Shown piece by piece: positions 12,500-26,854 of a stretch of DNA of 63,455 nucleotides. Origin of the DNA: Octopus bimaculoides (taxonomy: Eukaryota); assembly GCF_001194135.2 (NCBI RefSeq), contig NC_068999.1:49468347-49531801 (forward strand), read 5' to 3'. Each line of letters opens with the position of its first letter. The first letter of the stretch is position 1. The position numbers and the translations under genes were made by a program. The notes under the pieces are model-generated. The model saw nothing but the letters and a program-made list of their open reading frames with translations, had not been told where the DNA came from and did not search any database.

Positions 12500-12538
12500 T
12501 TGCTTTCTCTCCGTCTGTATGTCTCTCTATGCACACAG

Positions 12539-12600
<62 letters not shown>

Positions 12601-12842
12601 ACACACACACATACCCACACAGACAGACACAAAAATACACACACACATTCACACACACTCACGCATATGTATATCTACACGACCGGATTCTTTCAGTTTC
12701 CCGCTACTAAATCTACTCAGACGACATTAGTCGACCCGGTGCTGTAGTAGAAGACACCTAACCAAGATGCCATACAGAAGGACTGAACCTGAAACCACAA
12801 GATCGGAGAGGAGCAAGCTTCTAACCCTCTCAGCCACGCCTG
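12500..12842 (-). mobile_element. SINE family B, head plus internal (TA)/(TG) microsatellite
   Basis: Diverged head at 12675-12842 adjoining a (CA)n run at 12535-12665, in the position of the family's internal repeat. Confidence 0.7.
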
Positions 12843-13009
12843 TGATAAGCATTTTTTTTTCTCAGGTTCAAGCACTCATAAGGCCGGTTACTCGGTTTCT
12901 GTGGCGTCTAAGTGGCCGAGATCACAAATTTCCCCAACAGAATGTCGGTCCCATGCAGGTTTCGAAGGCGGCTGTTTTGAAGGGAGGGATCAAGTCAATT
13001 GCACCGATT

Positions 13010-13096
13010 CCAGAGTACTGGAGTTGATCTAATCGACTGGCTCCGCTCACCCTCCCCAAAAATTTCGGGCCTTGTGCCTAGAGTAGAAAAGAATAT
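13010..13096 (+). mobile_element. SINE family A, tail fragment
   Basis: GTTGATCTAATCGACTGG..AAAATTTCGGGCCTTGTGCCTAGAGTAGAAAAGAATATT, close to the tail at 27225-27295. Confidence 0.75.
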
Positions 13097-13099
13097 TCT

Positions 13100-13275
13100 T
13101 TGAGCAATTTTGCAAACTTGCTAATTATGGAAAACACTGAAAAGGAATCCTTTTATTCGTTCTGTAGAGATTGTGAACGCGGCTTTAGCATAATGAATCA
13201 ACTCGAAACTAGTTAAGAAACCATTCAGGTAAATTCCGTTTGGATATGTTGGTGTGCATCAAATGCTACTAATTG
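13100..13275 (+). pseudogene. hAT transposase C-terminal dimerisation-domain fossil
   Basis: 13169-13213 translates DCERGFSIMNQLETS (cf. hAT motif SxxCERGFSxMNxxxTxxRNRL), followed by LDMLVCIK. Confidence 0.55.
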
Positions 13276-13509
13276 GATGAAAATTCTATCAGCCTAGATA
13301 TATTTTACAAAGAACGAATTAAAAGCAATGGAAAAAAACTATCTGATTTAATATGAACGTAATTCTGTGCTGTTTGATATGAAATATTTTGTAAGGCTTA
13401 CATATGAAAAGATTCTCAGAAAAGATAATGGATAATTCGTCAGCAGGTTTTGTAATTAAATGATTCTAGATTTCATCCTTTCCAGCAGTTTTATTAACAG
13501 TGATGGTTT

Positions 13510-14320
13510 GAAAATTTGACACAACGCCAGCAATTTTAGGAGGAGGGGGTAAGCAAACCCATTGTATCGACCTCAGCAGTTGACTGGTATTTTATTTTAT
13601 CGAAATAATATGAACATTTTCAGATTTTAGCACGCGGTTAGAAATTTTTAGAGGAATTTCCATGGAGGAGTACGTCGATGTAATCGACGTACTCAAATGG
13701 TATTTATTTTCTCGATCCCGAAAGGATGAATGGTAAAGTCGACCTCTGCCGCTTACATATATCTGTTAAATTCAAAGATCTAAAACAAAAAACTGGTGGA
13801 ATCGTTAGAACACCGAGCAAAATGCTTGACGGCATTTCGTCCTGAGTTCAAACGGCGCCGGGGTCGACTTTGCCCTTCAAACATTCGGAATTGATAAAAT
13901 AAATACCAGTCATGCACTAGAGTCGATGTAATCGATTTACCCTTACCCCAAAATTGCTGGCCTTGTGCTTATAGTAGAGAAGATATTAATAGAGCGCTTC
14001 AGCTCATTAGGTTCTGAGTTCAAATCCTGCAGAATTTAACTTTGCCTCTCATCCCTTTGGGTTCGATACAATAAGGGCACCAAGTAAATACTGGTGTCGA
14101 TAGCATCGAGTTTTCCCTTCCCCTCAAAACTGTTGACCTTGAGCCTAAACCCGCGACAGTTATATAAAAACGGAGGTTCCAGCCTCTTGCGTTTTGAGTT
14201 CAATGTCAACGTTGTCTCTCGTCCCCAGCCCTGGCGACGATAAGATAAACTACCAATTGAACACTGGGGGCGATAACATCGACTAATCCCTGTTCCTCAT
14301 ACCAAAATTAGAAGTAATTG
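13510..14320. mobile_element. Cluster of about five diverged SINE family A copies (two minus, three plus)
   Basis: Repeated core/tail motifs at ~13510-13600(-), 13625-13750(-), 13790-13985(+), 14005-14150(+), 14185-14320(+). Confidence 0.7.
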
Positions 14321-15074
14321 TATTAAAGGAGGTGACAAAACCTGCACATAAAATGTTCTCATTCACAACATATTTTTTAATGAAGATATATTAAAATATT
14401 TCGAGAAAGCTTATTCAAGTAAAAATTATTGAATTTGTAAATATTTTCCCCTATTTTTATTATTTTATTAAAATTCAGTAATATGAACATCTATTTGCCG
14501 GAAGCAGTTTGATAAGAAAGATTTTATTAAAATTCCTAAAACTGAATTTAATATGCACGTGGGAATTTGACTGGAACCTGTTGCTGTTGCTGCTTATAGT
14601 CGCCTACGGAGTAAGAGGAGGAGTAGGAGAAGAAGAAGAGAGAGAAATTATTGAGAGATTAGAGAGAGGGAGAATATTTTCCTTAAGGGGAGAGAACCGC
14701 TAGAGGGTATATATATATATATATTTTCCTTTATCATAAGAGGTCTTTTAATTTAATATGTTTCCTTTAAAATAATTTTTGTGCAAGATCTTGAGGTTTT
14801 GTCAGTAATCGTTTTATCATGTTTCCATTACAATATAGTTTCATCAACCATGGAAGATAGGCTGTGTTAAAAAATTATCATGAAATATTCTAAAGTTTAG
14901 AATTAATTTAGATAACAAAGTTTTAGCGTGCACCAACTGCTAAACATCTTTTGCAACGCCCTTTGTTGGCATGAGGGTATAATATTGTAGGCTTCCAATA
15001 AAAGGGGCAACTGAGCTGATAATATTGTATTTATACGTTTTAGCATACGCAATAATATCTTCTCCGCAGTAAAC

Positions 15075-15420
15075 TGCAGTGAATTTGACCTCGGCGGAAT
15101 TTGAACTTGGAATATGAAGACGGATGTAATGCCGCTAAACATCCTGCCCGGCGTGCTCACGATTTTCCCAGCTCATCGCTTTACTTAATTGTAACATATT
15201 AGTTTCAACTTTTGGCACAAGGCCAGCAAATTTTGGGGAGAGGTAAGTCTATTACATCAACATCAGTGCTCAACTGGTACTTATTTTGTCAACCCTGAAA
15301 AGATGAAAAGCAAAGTTGACCTCGGCGGAATTTGAACCTAAAATGCACAGACAAATGAAATGCCGCTAAGCATTTTGCCCTTCATGCTCACGATTCTGCC
15401 ACCTTGGCACCTTACTTAAT
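15075..15420 (-). mobile_element. Two tandem SINE family A copies
   Basis: GACCTCGGCGGAATTTGAAC..ATGCCGCTAA occurs twice (~15085 and ~15315); both end at TTACTTAATT. Confidence 0.85.
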
Positions 15421-15847
15421 TAGCCCCGATACTGTTAGAAACTAACTTCAAATAGCTACCGACAGTATAGGACCAAATCCTGACTACAAACGTAGCTCAA
15501 CTGGGCACTCTAAAACCAACACAAGTGGTAATAGTTTATTTAGGCAAAAAAAAACCCAGAAATTTTGAAAGGAAGAAGTTTAGTTGGAAAAGAACACAGA
15601 AAAGAGAACACGATGCGAAGGGTCTAAGACCGAAAATTGAGCAGTATGACCAAACAGTCTTAGCAAATAGTTCCAAATCATACAAGTAACCGGAAGCATC
15701 GTAGTTCCTGTCTCTACTATACTCAGATAAGACAGTTTACCAGAAAATCTAAAACAAAAAGAGATTTCTTCTTGAGTTAAACCAACATTTAAACACAATC
15801 TCTAACCACAATATCGAGAAAATTATGGAATGTATTGTACGTATTTT

Positions 15848-16092
15848 GTGGAGACGTGTGGCTTAGTGGTTAGGGTGTCAGCACCATGCTCGTAAGATTG
15901 TGGTTTCGATTCCTGGACCGGGTGACGCGTTGTGTTCTTGAGCAAAACACTTCATTTCACGTTGCTCCAGTCCACTCAGCTGGCAAAAAATGAGTAACGC
16001 TGCGATGGACTGGCGTCCCGTCCAGCTGGGGAACACATACGCCATTGAAACCGGGAAACCGGACCCACGAGCCTGGCAAGGCTTTAAAAGGG
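15848..16092 (+). mobile_element. tRNA-derived SINE family D, full length (central domain resembles Meta-type SINE cores)
   Basis: A box TGGCTTAGTGG, B box GGTTTCGATTCC, then TTGAGCAAAACACTT..GCGATGGACTGGCGTCCCGTCCAG; the domain name is from recall. Confidence 0.75.
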
Positions 16093-17461
16093 CGCATTTA
16101 TATATTTTATTGTACGTACTTTAGCATTTTGAGACAGGAGAGAGGTAAACATCTTAGCCGGCAGCGTCTGAAAATGCTCGTTATGTAATAAAATGTGTAA
16201 TGTAGTTTTCAACTTGAGGAAAATGTAATATATCCACAAATGTGAATACAAGGATTGCACATGAATATTCGAACCGTTTCATGTGTGCCATGGGTCTGCT
16301 CATTCAAGGTCGAGCTGGATCCACATATCTCTACCACCACTACCACCACCAACATCGACAACAACAGTGACAACAGTTAACCAGTAAATCAATAGTTATT
16401 ATTATCTCCCCGGCAGTGCATTTCCTCCTAGTTATTAACATGCATAGCAATCATTTCAGAATCCAGTTGAGAATTCTGATTGTATTAATTTCAATTTTAT
16501 TTTCTTTATGTTTCGGCATCTTTATTGAAAAATGGACACATAAATAATTACGTCCACATATCTTGTTTCATTTGTTGTTTTAATGATTTGAGAGATGCTC
16601 AGAAAACAAACATAGTGTGAAGTGTTTCATAGTATCACTGTTGGCAAAGATAGATAATTGCGAAATATGAGACACGATAATCTAGAAAAATAACTTCAAA
16701 ATATACTATATTGCTTTAAATAGACTATAAATAGCTTCAAAATTCTCTGAAAACTGGCCATTTTAGTGTAAGTACACTGAAGCCGACCCACTCGGAAATG
16801 GAAACTGATTTTGTGATTTGGCTGGTCGGCAACTTGCCATCATTTAGTATTACTTGTATTTTAATTCTAAATTCTAAATTTGCAAGTTATCATAAGAAGA
16901 TTTGGTTTAACCAATATTATCTTGTAGCGTAGGTAATCAATTATGATAATTAATTCCACAGCTTTTTCAGAATGAATCATCGCAGCTTGACCTTCATGTG
17001 TTGTTCAATGAGTCAATACATCAACTCCACAGTCTGCTACACATTCACGTGTCTGCCTGATGCTAACAAAATGTTTCTATTGACTCAAATTTCTTACATT
17101 TCAACGGTAATTGATGGCAACGAATACATTGAATGCCAACTTCATAACCTATCCCTCTACAAGCTCAGCGGTCCGGTGTATTAGTCTCGTGAGTTCGAAT
17201 TGCGTGCGCGGAAAGATGGCGTACTAATTTATCGCAAGTAATAAGAATGTTATTTTGTTGTATTTCCGGAGGGTCATTATGTCAATAATAAACGCACGCA
17301 CGGGCACTGTTTCACTTCTTTTATTATTATTATTAGTAGTAGTACATTCGTTAACATTTAACCAATTAACATATAGAATGTAGGATTTTGAAACAGCGAA
17401 GCTTCCTTTCCGAGGGCCCAGGTCGGCTGGAACGAGAATCTGCTGATTCTTTTCCTTCGCT

Positions 17462-17547
17462 TTTTCAGCAATTTTTCGCTCAGATTGCTCAACAATACGA
17501 CCTCTTTGAAAATCTGACAGTTCTGCTGAAGTTTTTGTGCGTGGCAT
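17462..17547 (-). pseudogene. Tc1-like transposase N-terminal HTH remnant
   Basis: MPRTKTSAELSDFQRGRIVEQSE-RKIAEK fits the Tc1 N-terminus pattern (LSDFxRGxIVG..S.R.IA). Confidence 0.6.
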
Positions 17548-17713
17548 GGTTACTCTTCGCAAATGTTTAACATAATGGCACCTGGAATGAAGAATAATAA
17601 TTACATTGTAAATCCTACACCGCTGAAAACATATTAAGACGCTTAAATCAGAAATTTTGAAAATTAAAAGCGTTTATTTACTTTCTGCATGTCTGTGTAT
17701 ATATGTATATGTT

Positions 17714-17752
<39 letters not shown>

Positions 17753-17922
17753 GTCTGTAAATGCATACACACATATATGCATATATATGTATGTGTGTGT
17801 ATGCGTGCGCGCCTGTGCACAGTTATACATACACAGATGCATATGTTTATGTATATTTATCTATATGTATTCTCATATCTGTGTGTCTATGTATTAATGA
17901 ATGTATGTGCGTGTTCTCATTG

Positions 17923-17960
<38 letters not shown>

Positions 17961-18409
17961 GTCTTTTTCTATTTTGTCATCTAATCCGTCTTACTTTATA
18001 TATTCTCCACCCCTCCATTTTCCCCAACAAGTTCATCTATTGTGTAAATACGATAAGGCCTGTCTTTCTTTAGCAAACTTGAAAATGTCAAAGCAAACAC
18101 TATACTGATTTTTGTTGTTGTTGCTGTTGCTGCTGCTGTTGTTTTCGTGTAATTACAACGAAATACCCCGAGCAGCTTTCCTTGACGGAAATACTTATTA
18201 CACAAGATAACAGACAAGAGATCCTTAACGCCGAGTCTTTTCTTTAACAAAGATAAAAATCAAAGATTTCTGCTTTTTATTTCCTATTTTAGTATCTCGC
18301 GGCATCTTTCAAGAATTTCCTATTATATTGTACATTCTGGGGGCCATGTACAGAATATTCATTATATTTTTTCCCCCAATCATACGTATAAATAGATACA
18401 GATACGCAC

Positions 18410-18480
<71 letters not shown>

Positions 18481-19084
18481 CATATATATGTATGTATGTA
18501 TGTATGTATGCATGTATGTATACACGTATACTATGCGCGTGAATGTATGTATGAGTCTATACACAAACCAACAGAGAAGCTAAGATGCACATACACATGG
18601 ACCGTATCACATAGTCAGCCATGTCTGCGTATACCCGTATATACTGACGTACGTGTATATGTTTGCATAAGTATGTATGTAGGTAGGTATATATGTCTGT
18701 ATATGTGTGTGTGAGTATGTGTGTGCTAAATAAAATTGCTCACGTGATATTAAAAGATCTACACAAGACTGTTGCATTTAAAACAGAATACACTGCAATT
18801 ACTTTATTTTACAAAAAATTGGATTAGCTGGTTTTCTATGAGAGTAGTTCCTTGTTAAAAGGAGTCCACGCTATTAATACAACCTCTGTCGCTAATATAT
18901 GTATATTTTAACAAACTCACTGGCTAAACACGACATCAGTACCTGCTCTGGCACTGCTTTTCCAAATATCGCTAGCGGGGAGATGAATCGCTGCTATCTC
19001 AAGCGGTCGAGCGTCCATCATTGGCAAGACTAATGGAGGTCGAAATCACGTGATCTGGCGATCTCGGCATTAGAGATGGCGGGG

Positions 19085-19206
19085 ATTTATCTCTCCGCTG
19101 TCGGAGTGAATTTTGCACCAGAAGCCAATATGATAGTTTCTTTCATAGTTTTTACCGCAGTATAGTTTGTCTTAACAAAACATCTGCGTTTAGGTGGAGA
19201 TAAATA
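19085..19206. mobile_element. Internally deleted second copy of the foldback MITE at 4623-4869
   Basis: CCGCAGTATAGTTTGTCTTAACAAAACATCTGCGTTTAGGTGGAGATAAATA matches 4818-4869; left end ATTTATCTC. Confidence 0.6.
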
Positions 19207-19235
19207 TTTTCTTACTTGCTGTTTTAAGATTGTAA

Positions 19236-19972
19236 GCACCAATGATTTTTTGCATTTAATCAAGGTTCTAAGGCCGCAAAAGCTGCTCGCGACATTTGTG
19301 CTGTGTATGGAGAGGGTGCCATAGCTGAAAGAACCGCTCGTGATTGGTATGCCAAGTTCAAATAGAAATTTTGACCTCACAGACGTATCTCGTCCTGGCC
19401 GTCCAGTTGAGTTCGATAAAGAGCGATTAAACTAACTTTTGCACGAAAATTCTCGTCAAACGACAAAGAAACTGGCAGAGAAAATGGAATGCTCCCACAC
19501 TGCTATAGAGAAACATCTTCACTCGATGGAAAAGGTTCAGAAGTATGGCGATGAAAAATGGTGCCTGTACATCAATATGAAGCAATATGGCTTAGTCCCG
19601 GTAAACAAACGATAACGCGCGTGAAACAAGATCTCCATCCGAGTAAAACGATGTCGTGCGTATGGTGAGACTGGGAAAGGATTATCCATTACGAAATGCT
19701 TGAACGGACCCAAACGGTCAACTCTTTCGATCTCTTTCAAATACTATGCACGGAGTTTCGTTCAATATTGATGCAGAATTGAGAGCTTGGTTGGACCAAT
19801 TTTTCGAGTCGGAATCGGGTGATTTCTACCAACGAGGTATTGAAAATCTTGTTGAACGCTGGGAAGAAGTTGTAAACAACAAGGGTGAATACATTATTGA
19901 TTAATTAGTTATCTTTTATTAAACCTTTAAAAAAATTAAAATAAAAAAAAACGGCGGGAACTTAGTTGCCAA
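19236..19972 (+). mobile_element. Mariner transposon with decayed, internally deleted transposase and right TIR
   Basis: FAFNQGSKAAKAARDICAVYGEGAIAERTARDWYAKFK..DLTD..RPGRPVEFD (HTH); C-terminus FYQRGIENLVERWEEVVNNKGEYIID* (stop 19902-19904); right end AAAACGGCGGGAACTTAGTTGCCAA. Confidence 0.9.
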
Positions 19973-21400
19973 NNNNNNNNNNNNNNNNNNNNNNNNNNNN
20001 NNNNNNNNNNNNNNNNNNNNNNNNNNNNNNNNNNNNNNNNNNNNNNNNNNNNNNNNNNNNNNNNNNNNNNNNNNNNNNNNNNNNNATATATATATATATA
20101 TATATATATACATACACATATACACCCATGCACGCAGATATATTTTTAGACGTTTGCGAGTCTTGATCGAACAAACCCGTAGTCAAAGCCGTTTCAGCCA
20201 TGAAAGTACCATTTACTTTCGATTGTTTTTGATTAGATTATCGAACATCTGTATCCGGTTATTATACAGAAGCATGTGATTTGCGAGATATTTGGCTGTC
20301 ATATTTAGCAGGTTGACCGACCTCATAGGAGCTCTTTCATTCACTCGCATTCAGAACGCTGTCAAGTGTTAGCGTCTGTATTAGTGGATCGTTGATTGAC
20401 TGGCGTTCTGTGCATTCCGTCAATTTAGTTTTCTAGTGCTTCTTTTGTGTTGGGCATTCTAAAAGCTATTGTTGGTTTTAGCGTGTAATAATGTAACTAT
20501 ACATACATACAAAATACATACGTATATATATATATGTGTGTGTGTGTGTGTGCATGTGTATATGTGTGTATATGAATGTGTGTGCTTGTGTGTGTTCGCG
20601 TGTGTTCTTTTTCACATTCGTTCTCTCCTCCAATATGTGTGTGTACATATATATAGGTCCACATCCCCATATATATATATATATATATATANNNNNNNNN
20701 NNNNNNNNNNNNNNNNNNNNNNNNNNNNNNNNNNNNNNNNNNNNNNNNNNNNNNNNNNNNNNNNNNNNNNNNNNNNNNNNNNNNNNNNNNNNNNNNNNNN
20801 NNACACACACATATATATACTTATACATGTATATATATATATAATACATACATGCATTTCTGCTTACATATATACATACATACATTCATACATACATACA
20901 TACATACATGCATACATAAATACATACATGCATGCATACATACATACATACATACATACATACATACATACATACATAAGCATAGCAATTTTCCCGGTGG
21001 AAAAAATAGAAGCTCTCCATGTGACACGACTTTGAGCATGGAATTGCGAACAGACTAACAGGAGCCATATTGAATGCATGTTCTATAGCACCAGAATACA
21101 TATATATTATATCGTATGGTCTATTCCCTTTCTATCGTCATCAAGTTTGACTATTCATATCAAAAGTTCATGAAATGAATACCAGTAATAGAATGTTATT
21201 ATAATCACTCGATTATAATCTCTGGGGCTACACATGCATAAATGTAATTGTGGCTAGTAACGTGTAAAATTTTCCAATGTGATTACATATTTCAGAATTT
21301 CTATTTAATATTCTTTACAAGGGTGTAGATATATGCATTTCGATGATATTGCTCCCGTAAGTATGATTGCATGCATATGTGTGTGTATATGTATGTATAT

Positions 21401-22110
21401 CATTATTCAGTTTATTTCAAAATGTCTTGCCAATAAAGAAAGAACCGGTTTCTAACCTAGATCCAAGGTTCCTTCATTGGAATTTCAACATCAACAACAG
21501 GCTATCTTTGTTTGCTTGTATGTATGTATGTATGTATGTATGTATGTATGTATGTATGCATTTATGTATGTATACGTGCAGATTTGTATGTTTCATGTAT
21601 GTATTCTCATGCATATAGTTGCATATCTAGACATGCTCATATACATTTAAATAGTAAACTTCTGGAAAGTTTTACAGATTTTTACAGTTCCAGTGATGGA
21701 TTAGATCTGTAATCTTCAAATTAGCTTTCTCCTTTCTGGTTTTGAAAAGCCTAATTTCTCAAGATTGGTATTTAATCAGTGTGATACATATCCCAGGGCC
21801 CCAATAATTACCGGTATAAACCTAAACTTGTAATCTGAATACAGTAATTGCAGATTTCTCAATAGTTCAGCATAGGTGTTCTCCTTTTTACTGATCTTCA
21901 GCTTTATGTTAACATCCGCTGGGCAGCTAATTTCCACAACTGTGCACAGTTTCTCCTCTCTATCCCAAATCATTATATCAGGTCTGTTGTGCTTACATTT
22001 TATCGAGGTCTTCACTGGTACATTCTACCAGTATTCCTTTTTATTATGAATGGCTATGGCTTCTACCTATGTATGCCTTCTGGTCTTCTGCAAAAATTTG
22101 AAAGTAATAT
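21401..22110 (-). mobile_element. R4/Dong-like RLE retrotransposon 3' end
   Basis: ORF 21776-22015: KHNRPDIMIWDREEKLCTVVEISCPADVN..FIPVIIGALGYV; 3' UTR collinear with 10590-10828. Confidence 0.85.
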
Positions 22111-22569
22111 TTGTTACTGCAAGAGTTTAAATAATTGTGTCACAATACACAATTCCTTTGTCCGTGTCTGTGTATGTCTGTATATGTGAGTGAGTGTATT
22201 TGTGCGTGTGTATATGAGTGTTAATGTTTTTGAACACGTGTGTACGCATGCGTGAGCCTGTTTTATTTCCCCTTCTTATACTTTCGTTCATAATAAGGCA
22301 TTTTACTTCAGAAAAGCGAGGATGATTGAAATCAGTTTGAATATTTTCTTTGAAGTGATGAAGTAATGGATATTATGAAATAATTATGATGCAACACACA
22401 GGCAGGAAATCAGATTGAAGGAGTAATATTTTAAGGGATTAGGAATGATGTTAATTCAAATGCATAAAGATATATTATGCATGACAGAATGGACGATCAT
22501 ATACGGTGCGTATGCTTCTGGGCACACATTTCCGTGTGTGTATATGTTTGTATGCACGCGCGAGTGTGC

Positions 22570-22607
<38 letters not shown>

Positions 22608-24139
22608 NNNNNNNNNNNNNNNNNNNNNNNNNNNNNNNNNNNNNNNNNNNNNNNNNNNNNNNNNNNNNNNNNNNNNNNNNNNNNNNNNNNNNNNNNNNNN
22701 NNNNNNNNNNNNNNNNNNNNNNNNNNNNNNNNNNNNNNNNNNNNNNNNNNNNNNNNNNNNNNNNNNNNNNNNNNNNNNNNNNNNNNNNNNNNNNNNNNNN
22801 NNNNNNNNNNNNNNNNNNNNNNNNNNNNNNNNNNNNNNNNNNNNNNNNNNNNNNNNNNNNNNNNNNNNNNNNNNNNNNNNNNNNNNNNNNNNNNNNNNNN
22901 NNNNNNNNNNNNNNNNNNNNNNNNNNNNNNNNNNNNNNNNNNNNNNNNNNNNNNNNNNNNNNNNNNNNNNNNNNNNNNNNNNNNNNNNNNNNNNNNNNNN
23001 NNNNNNNNNNNNNNNNNNNNNNNNNNNNNNNNNNNNNNNNNNNNNNNNNNNNNNNNNNNNNNNNNNNNNNNNNNNNNNNNNNNNNNNNNNNNNNNNNNNN
23101 NNNNNNNNNNNNNNNNNNNNNNNNNNNNNNNNNNNNNNNNNNNNNNNNNNNNNNNNNNNNNNNNNNNNNNNNNNNNNNNNNNNNNNNNNNNNNNNNNNNN
23201 NNNNNNNNNNNNNNNNNNNNNNNNNNNNNNNNNNNNNNNNNNNNNNNNNNNNNNNNNNNNNNNNNNNNNNNNNNNNNNNNNNNNNNNNNNNNNNNNNNNN
23301 NNNNNNNNNNNNNNTATATATATATATATATATATGTTTGTATGTTTGTCTATGCATATGTATAAATATATTTACACACACACACATACACATATACATA
23401 TATAATAAAACAATATATATTTATGAATGTATGTACGTGTGTGTGTGATATAGTATGTAAGTGTAAGTGATGTACCTGACGCAATATTTTGGCGTCAATG
23501 CGATAATCATTTGTTTATATGTTTCAGCCATTTACAACCAACGCTTTGTAATATAGAACCACGAAGATAATAAATTACTTCCTAAAAACAACAGGAACAA
23601 CAGAAGCCGTAACATTAACAAGAACAAAAACAACAATATTGGCAGCTTAAATAATAGGCATCGATTCCATAACCGAACAGTATTATTCCTGCAATGTTAG
23701 CTTATTTATTCGGGTCACGCGTAGCTGAAACTGTAACATTAGTATTCACAAGGAGTTGCTTAAACGAAATTAAAATATGTCTGACTTTATCCTTCATTTT
23801 CACACGGCTCGTATCTGATGTACTGTTATTCTTCGTTTGTTATAGATCACGATGGACAGAACCTATGTGTTTATATTAACATATCAAGAGTTATTTTTCT
23901 TCATCGTGTTATTGTTTCAATCAGCAATGGTCTACGCTAGCCTGATTTCGATTTGATTCTTACACTGCAATTTAATATTGTGCAGAGGTAAAAATGTCTT
24001 CGAAAATAAGATATTAGACTAGTAGCGTATCAATATTGATTTCATATTCGTAGTAGGAGTTTCAATATGGTTCTGTGTCGGATTATTTTGTCAGAAAATC
24101 CTATATTCAAACAGAAACGATTGCATTGTGGTTTACTAA

Positions 24140-24262
24140 TAGATAATGTTGTTGTTGCCACTCCGTCGCTTACAATGATAAAGGTTCCAGTTGATCCGAT
24201 CAACGGAACAGCATGCTCATGAAATTAACGTGCAAGTGGCTGAGCACTCCACAGACACGTGT
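24140..24262 (+). mobile_element. Dispersed repeat E (SINE-core-like fragment); degenerate relatives at ~44285-44372(+) and ~58300-58325(-)
   Basis: GGTTCCAGTTGATCCGATCAACGGAACAGC..GTGCAAGTGGCTGAGCACTCCACAGACACG; recalled as a common cephalopod repeat; partial matches elsewhere in the window. Confidence 0.5.
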
Positions 24263-25061
24263 AATTCCAGAGCGTACTTATTTTGTGATTGAATTTTGGC
24301 CCACCCTTGTAGAATATTCACAATGTTTCCGAGCTGGAAGTCTTCGCAGAGTACTTTGCTAACGCGTCTTTTATCTGCATTACATAAACTTCTCTGGTAA
24401 GCTTAAATGATACGTTGATTTCCTTTTGAATGCATAATCTACTTTCAAATAACATTCTGAAAGACATACTTTGACATTTGGAAACATTAACAAAACATTA
24501 AAACAAAAAGACACCCCGCCCATCCTCCCAAAAAAGAAAACAACTTTGCTTAATAATAATAATTGAAACAAATACCAAAACCAAACAAAACTTTAATAGC
24601 TTCTGAGATACAACAACGAACAATTAGGTAATAATCAAGCAAGCAGTTTCAAAAAACAAAACGAAGAAAACACAAAAGCGACACCTCTTACTAAAGAGAA
24701 ATGTTACAGACCTGAGTGAGTGAGGGTAATGGCGGATGATATAAGAAGACATATTAATGTACAACTGTCTTCTAACACAATCGTTATCAGCCATTATAGT
24801 AATGGAGCGATATGTAAATTAGCTTCATTATAACAGTAATGTTATACTGTAAACCATACTTGTCATTCATGCATAAAATTACTTTATTTTAAACATTGTC
24901 ATTGTTTGTTGAATAATTCAACATTTATTCAGTATACCTGTTATTATAGTATTTTCTTTGTCTTTTTATATAAAGTTCAACGATTAGGTGTTCGTATATG
25001 TGTGTTTGAGTGTGTGCGTTTATATTTTTGATGCTTTAAGTGATATTTTTTTTTAAACAGG

Positions 25062-25218
25062 CGTCGGCGTGGCTGTGTGGTAAGAAGCTAGGTTTCCAGC
25101 CACAGGGTTCCGGGTTCAGTCTCACTGCGTGGCACCAAGGGTAGGTTTGTTCTTCCGTACCTCAGCCCTACCAAAGCCTTGTGAGTGAATATGGTAGACG
25201 GAAACTGAAAGAAGCTCG

Positions 25219-25264
<46 letters not shown>

Positions 25265-25490
25265 GCGTGTGTGTGTGTTTGTGTCTGTATTTATTCCCCA
25301 TAACTGTTTCACAACCGGTTTTAGTGCGCTTACGTCCACATAACCTAGCAGTTCGACAGAAGCGTCCGATAGAATAAGTACCAGGCTTACAAAAGCAATA
25401 TGTACTCAGGTCGATTCATTCGACTAAAAATTCCGCAAGGCGGTGCCCCACCATGGCCATCGTCCAATGATTGAAACAAGCAAAGGATAA
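25062..25490 (+). mobile_element. SINE family B, full length with internal (TA)n(TG)n
   Basis: Head GGCGTGGCTGTGTGGTAAGAAG..GGGTTCAGTCTC; microsatellite 25220-25290; tail ..GGCGGTGCCCCACCATGGCC..GAAACAAG. Confidence 0.9.
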
Positions 25491-25556
25491 AAACATACAC
25501 TGGTTCTATTTCTTTATTTGTCAATTGAATAACCTTTTAACTCATTAACTGTTCGG

Positions 25557-25558
<2 letters not shown>

Positions 25559-25591
<33 letters not shown>
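25559..25591. repeat. (AATC)n microsatellite
   Basis: Direct reading. Confidence 0.9.
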
Positions 25592-26854
25592 GTTGGGTTT
25601 TGTCAAAGTCTGTTCGTCACCATTCGTAACTTCATAAATGTGTACCCCCCTCTACTCCAAGTCTGTTTCAGGTCTGAATTAATGAATTAATGACAATAGA
25701 AAGCTCACAAAACATTTATCGTCCTCTCCCATACACACTTTAGCATTCATTTATTATAATCTGAAGTTAACACAGTCGCTTCCTTATAAGAGACCTATGA
25801 GTTCTTGAACATACCCTAATATTCTTAAATGATTGTTATTTTTTATTCTTAATTCCATTATACAATAACAACTGGTGCTGTATGACAGAATATCCATTCC
25901 GACTTGTCCAGTTCTTAGAAATATACACAGTCAAATGCAGAATATATTGACGTTTGTATCGTCAAAATATCTTCTACCAAACACTTTGATTATGTCATCA
26001 CTGATCAGTTAAATGTTCTACCACAATCAGAATTGACTAACATTCTTGCATGAAGGCTAAAAATGTGCCTTAGAACAAGACAAATATATGAACAAGACAA
26101 ATAGATATTCTCACTCTTCATTATAATTTAAAGTTTCAGCTTCAATTTTTTTCAATGTACTTTACATTCCAGGGCGATCTCCATTGTTTTCCTTTACCCG
26201 AATTAGACATTACCACATTTTTTCCACATCACGACAGATGCTACTTTCATTGATTAAAATTTCTTGGATTACAATATAAATATGTTAACGTCCACTTTAC
26301 TGTATGTATTTCATGCCGCAGGGATACCTGGATAATTTTCTTCTGTCATTATGCAAATCCATTATAACTATTGCTGTATGCTTCAGATGAGAACGAATAT
26401 ATTTATCTAAACCTTGAGTAGCTCTTTGAACTCTAAGTAGGTAAGTGTTATTTTCTATGTAACGCTCGTTATGTTCTTACATACACAACATATACACTTA
26501 ACTCTAAAATCTACATCTGTTGTTCATATGTTAGCAAATGTTCTGATGTTATATTATTAATCTACCTGAAAGCAAAAGCAAGGTTACATTTACCTTAAGA
26601 TTTATATACTGTCTCTTGTGGTATTTGTAACTGTTCAAACTGTGCGTAAATAACTTACTACTCATGTAACTCAGAAAAAAATATTCTCATGAGTGTTGTA
26701 CATGAGTGACAAGCCCCGATAAGATAAATGCACGACGAAGCCATGTAGTTCCTGATCTGTTGGCATTGGCAGGAAATTGCGCACAAGTTTAGAGAAATAC
26801 TTCAAGAGACAAATCTCAGCAATAGAGTTATTAAGACAATATGTCAATCTATTT

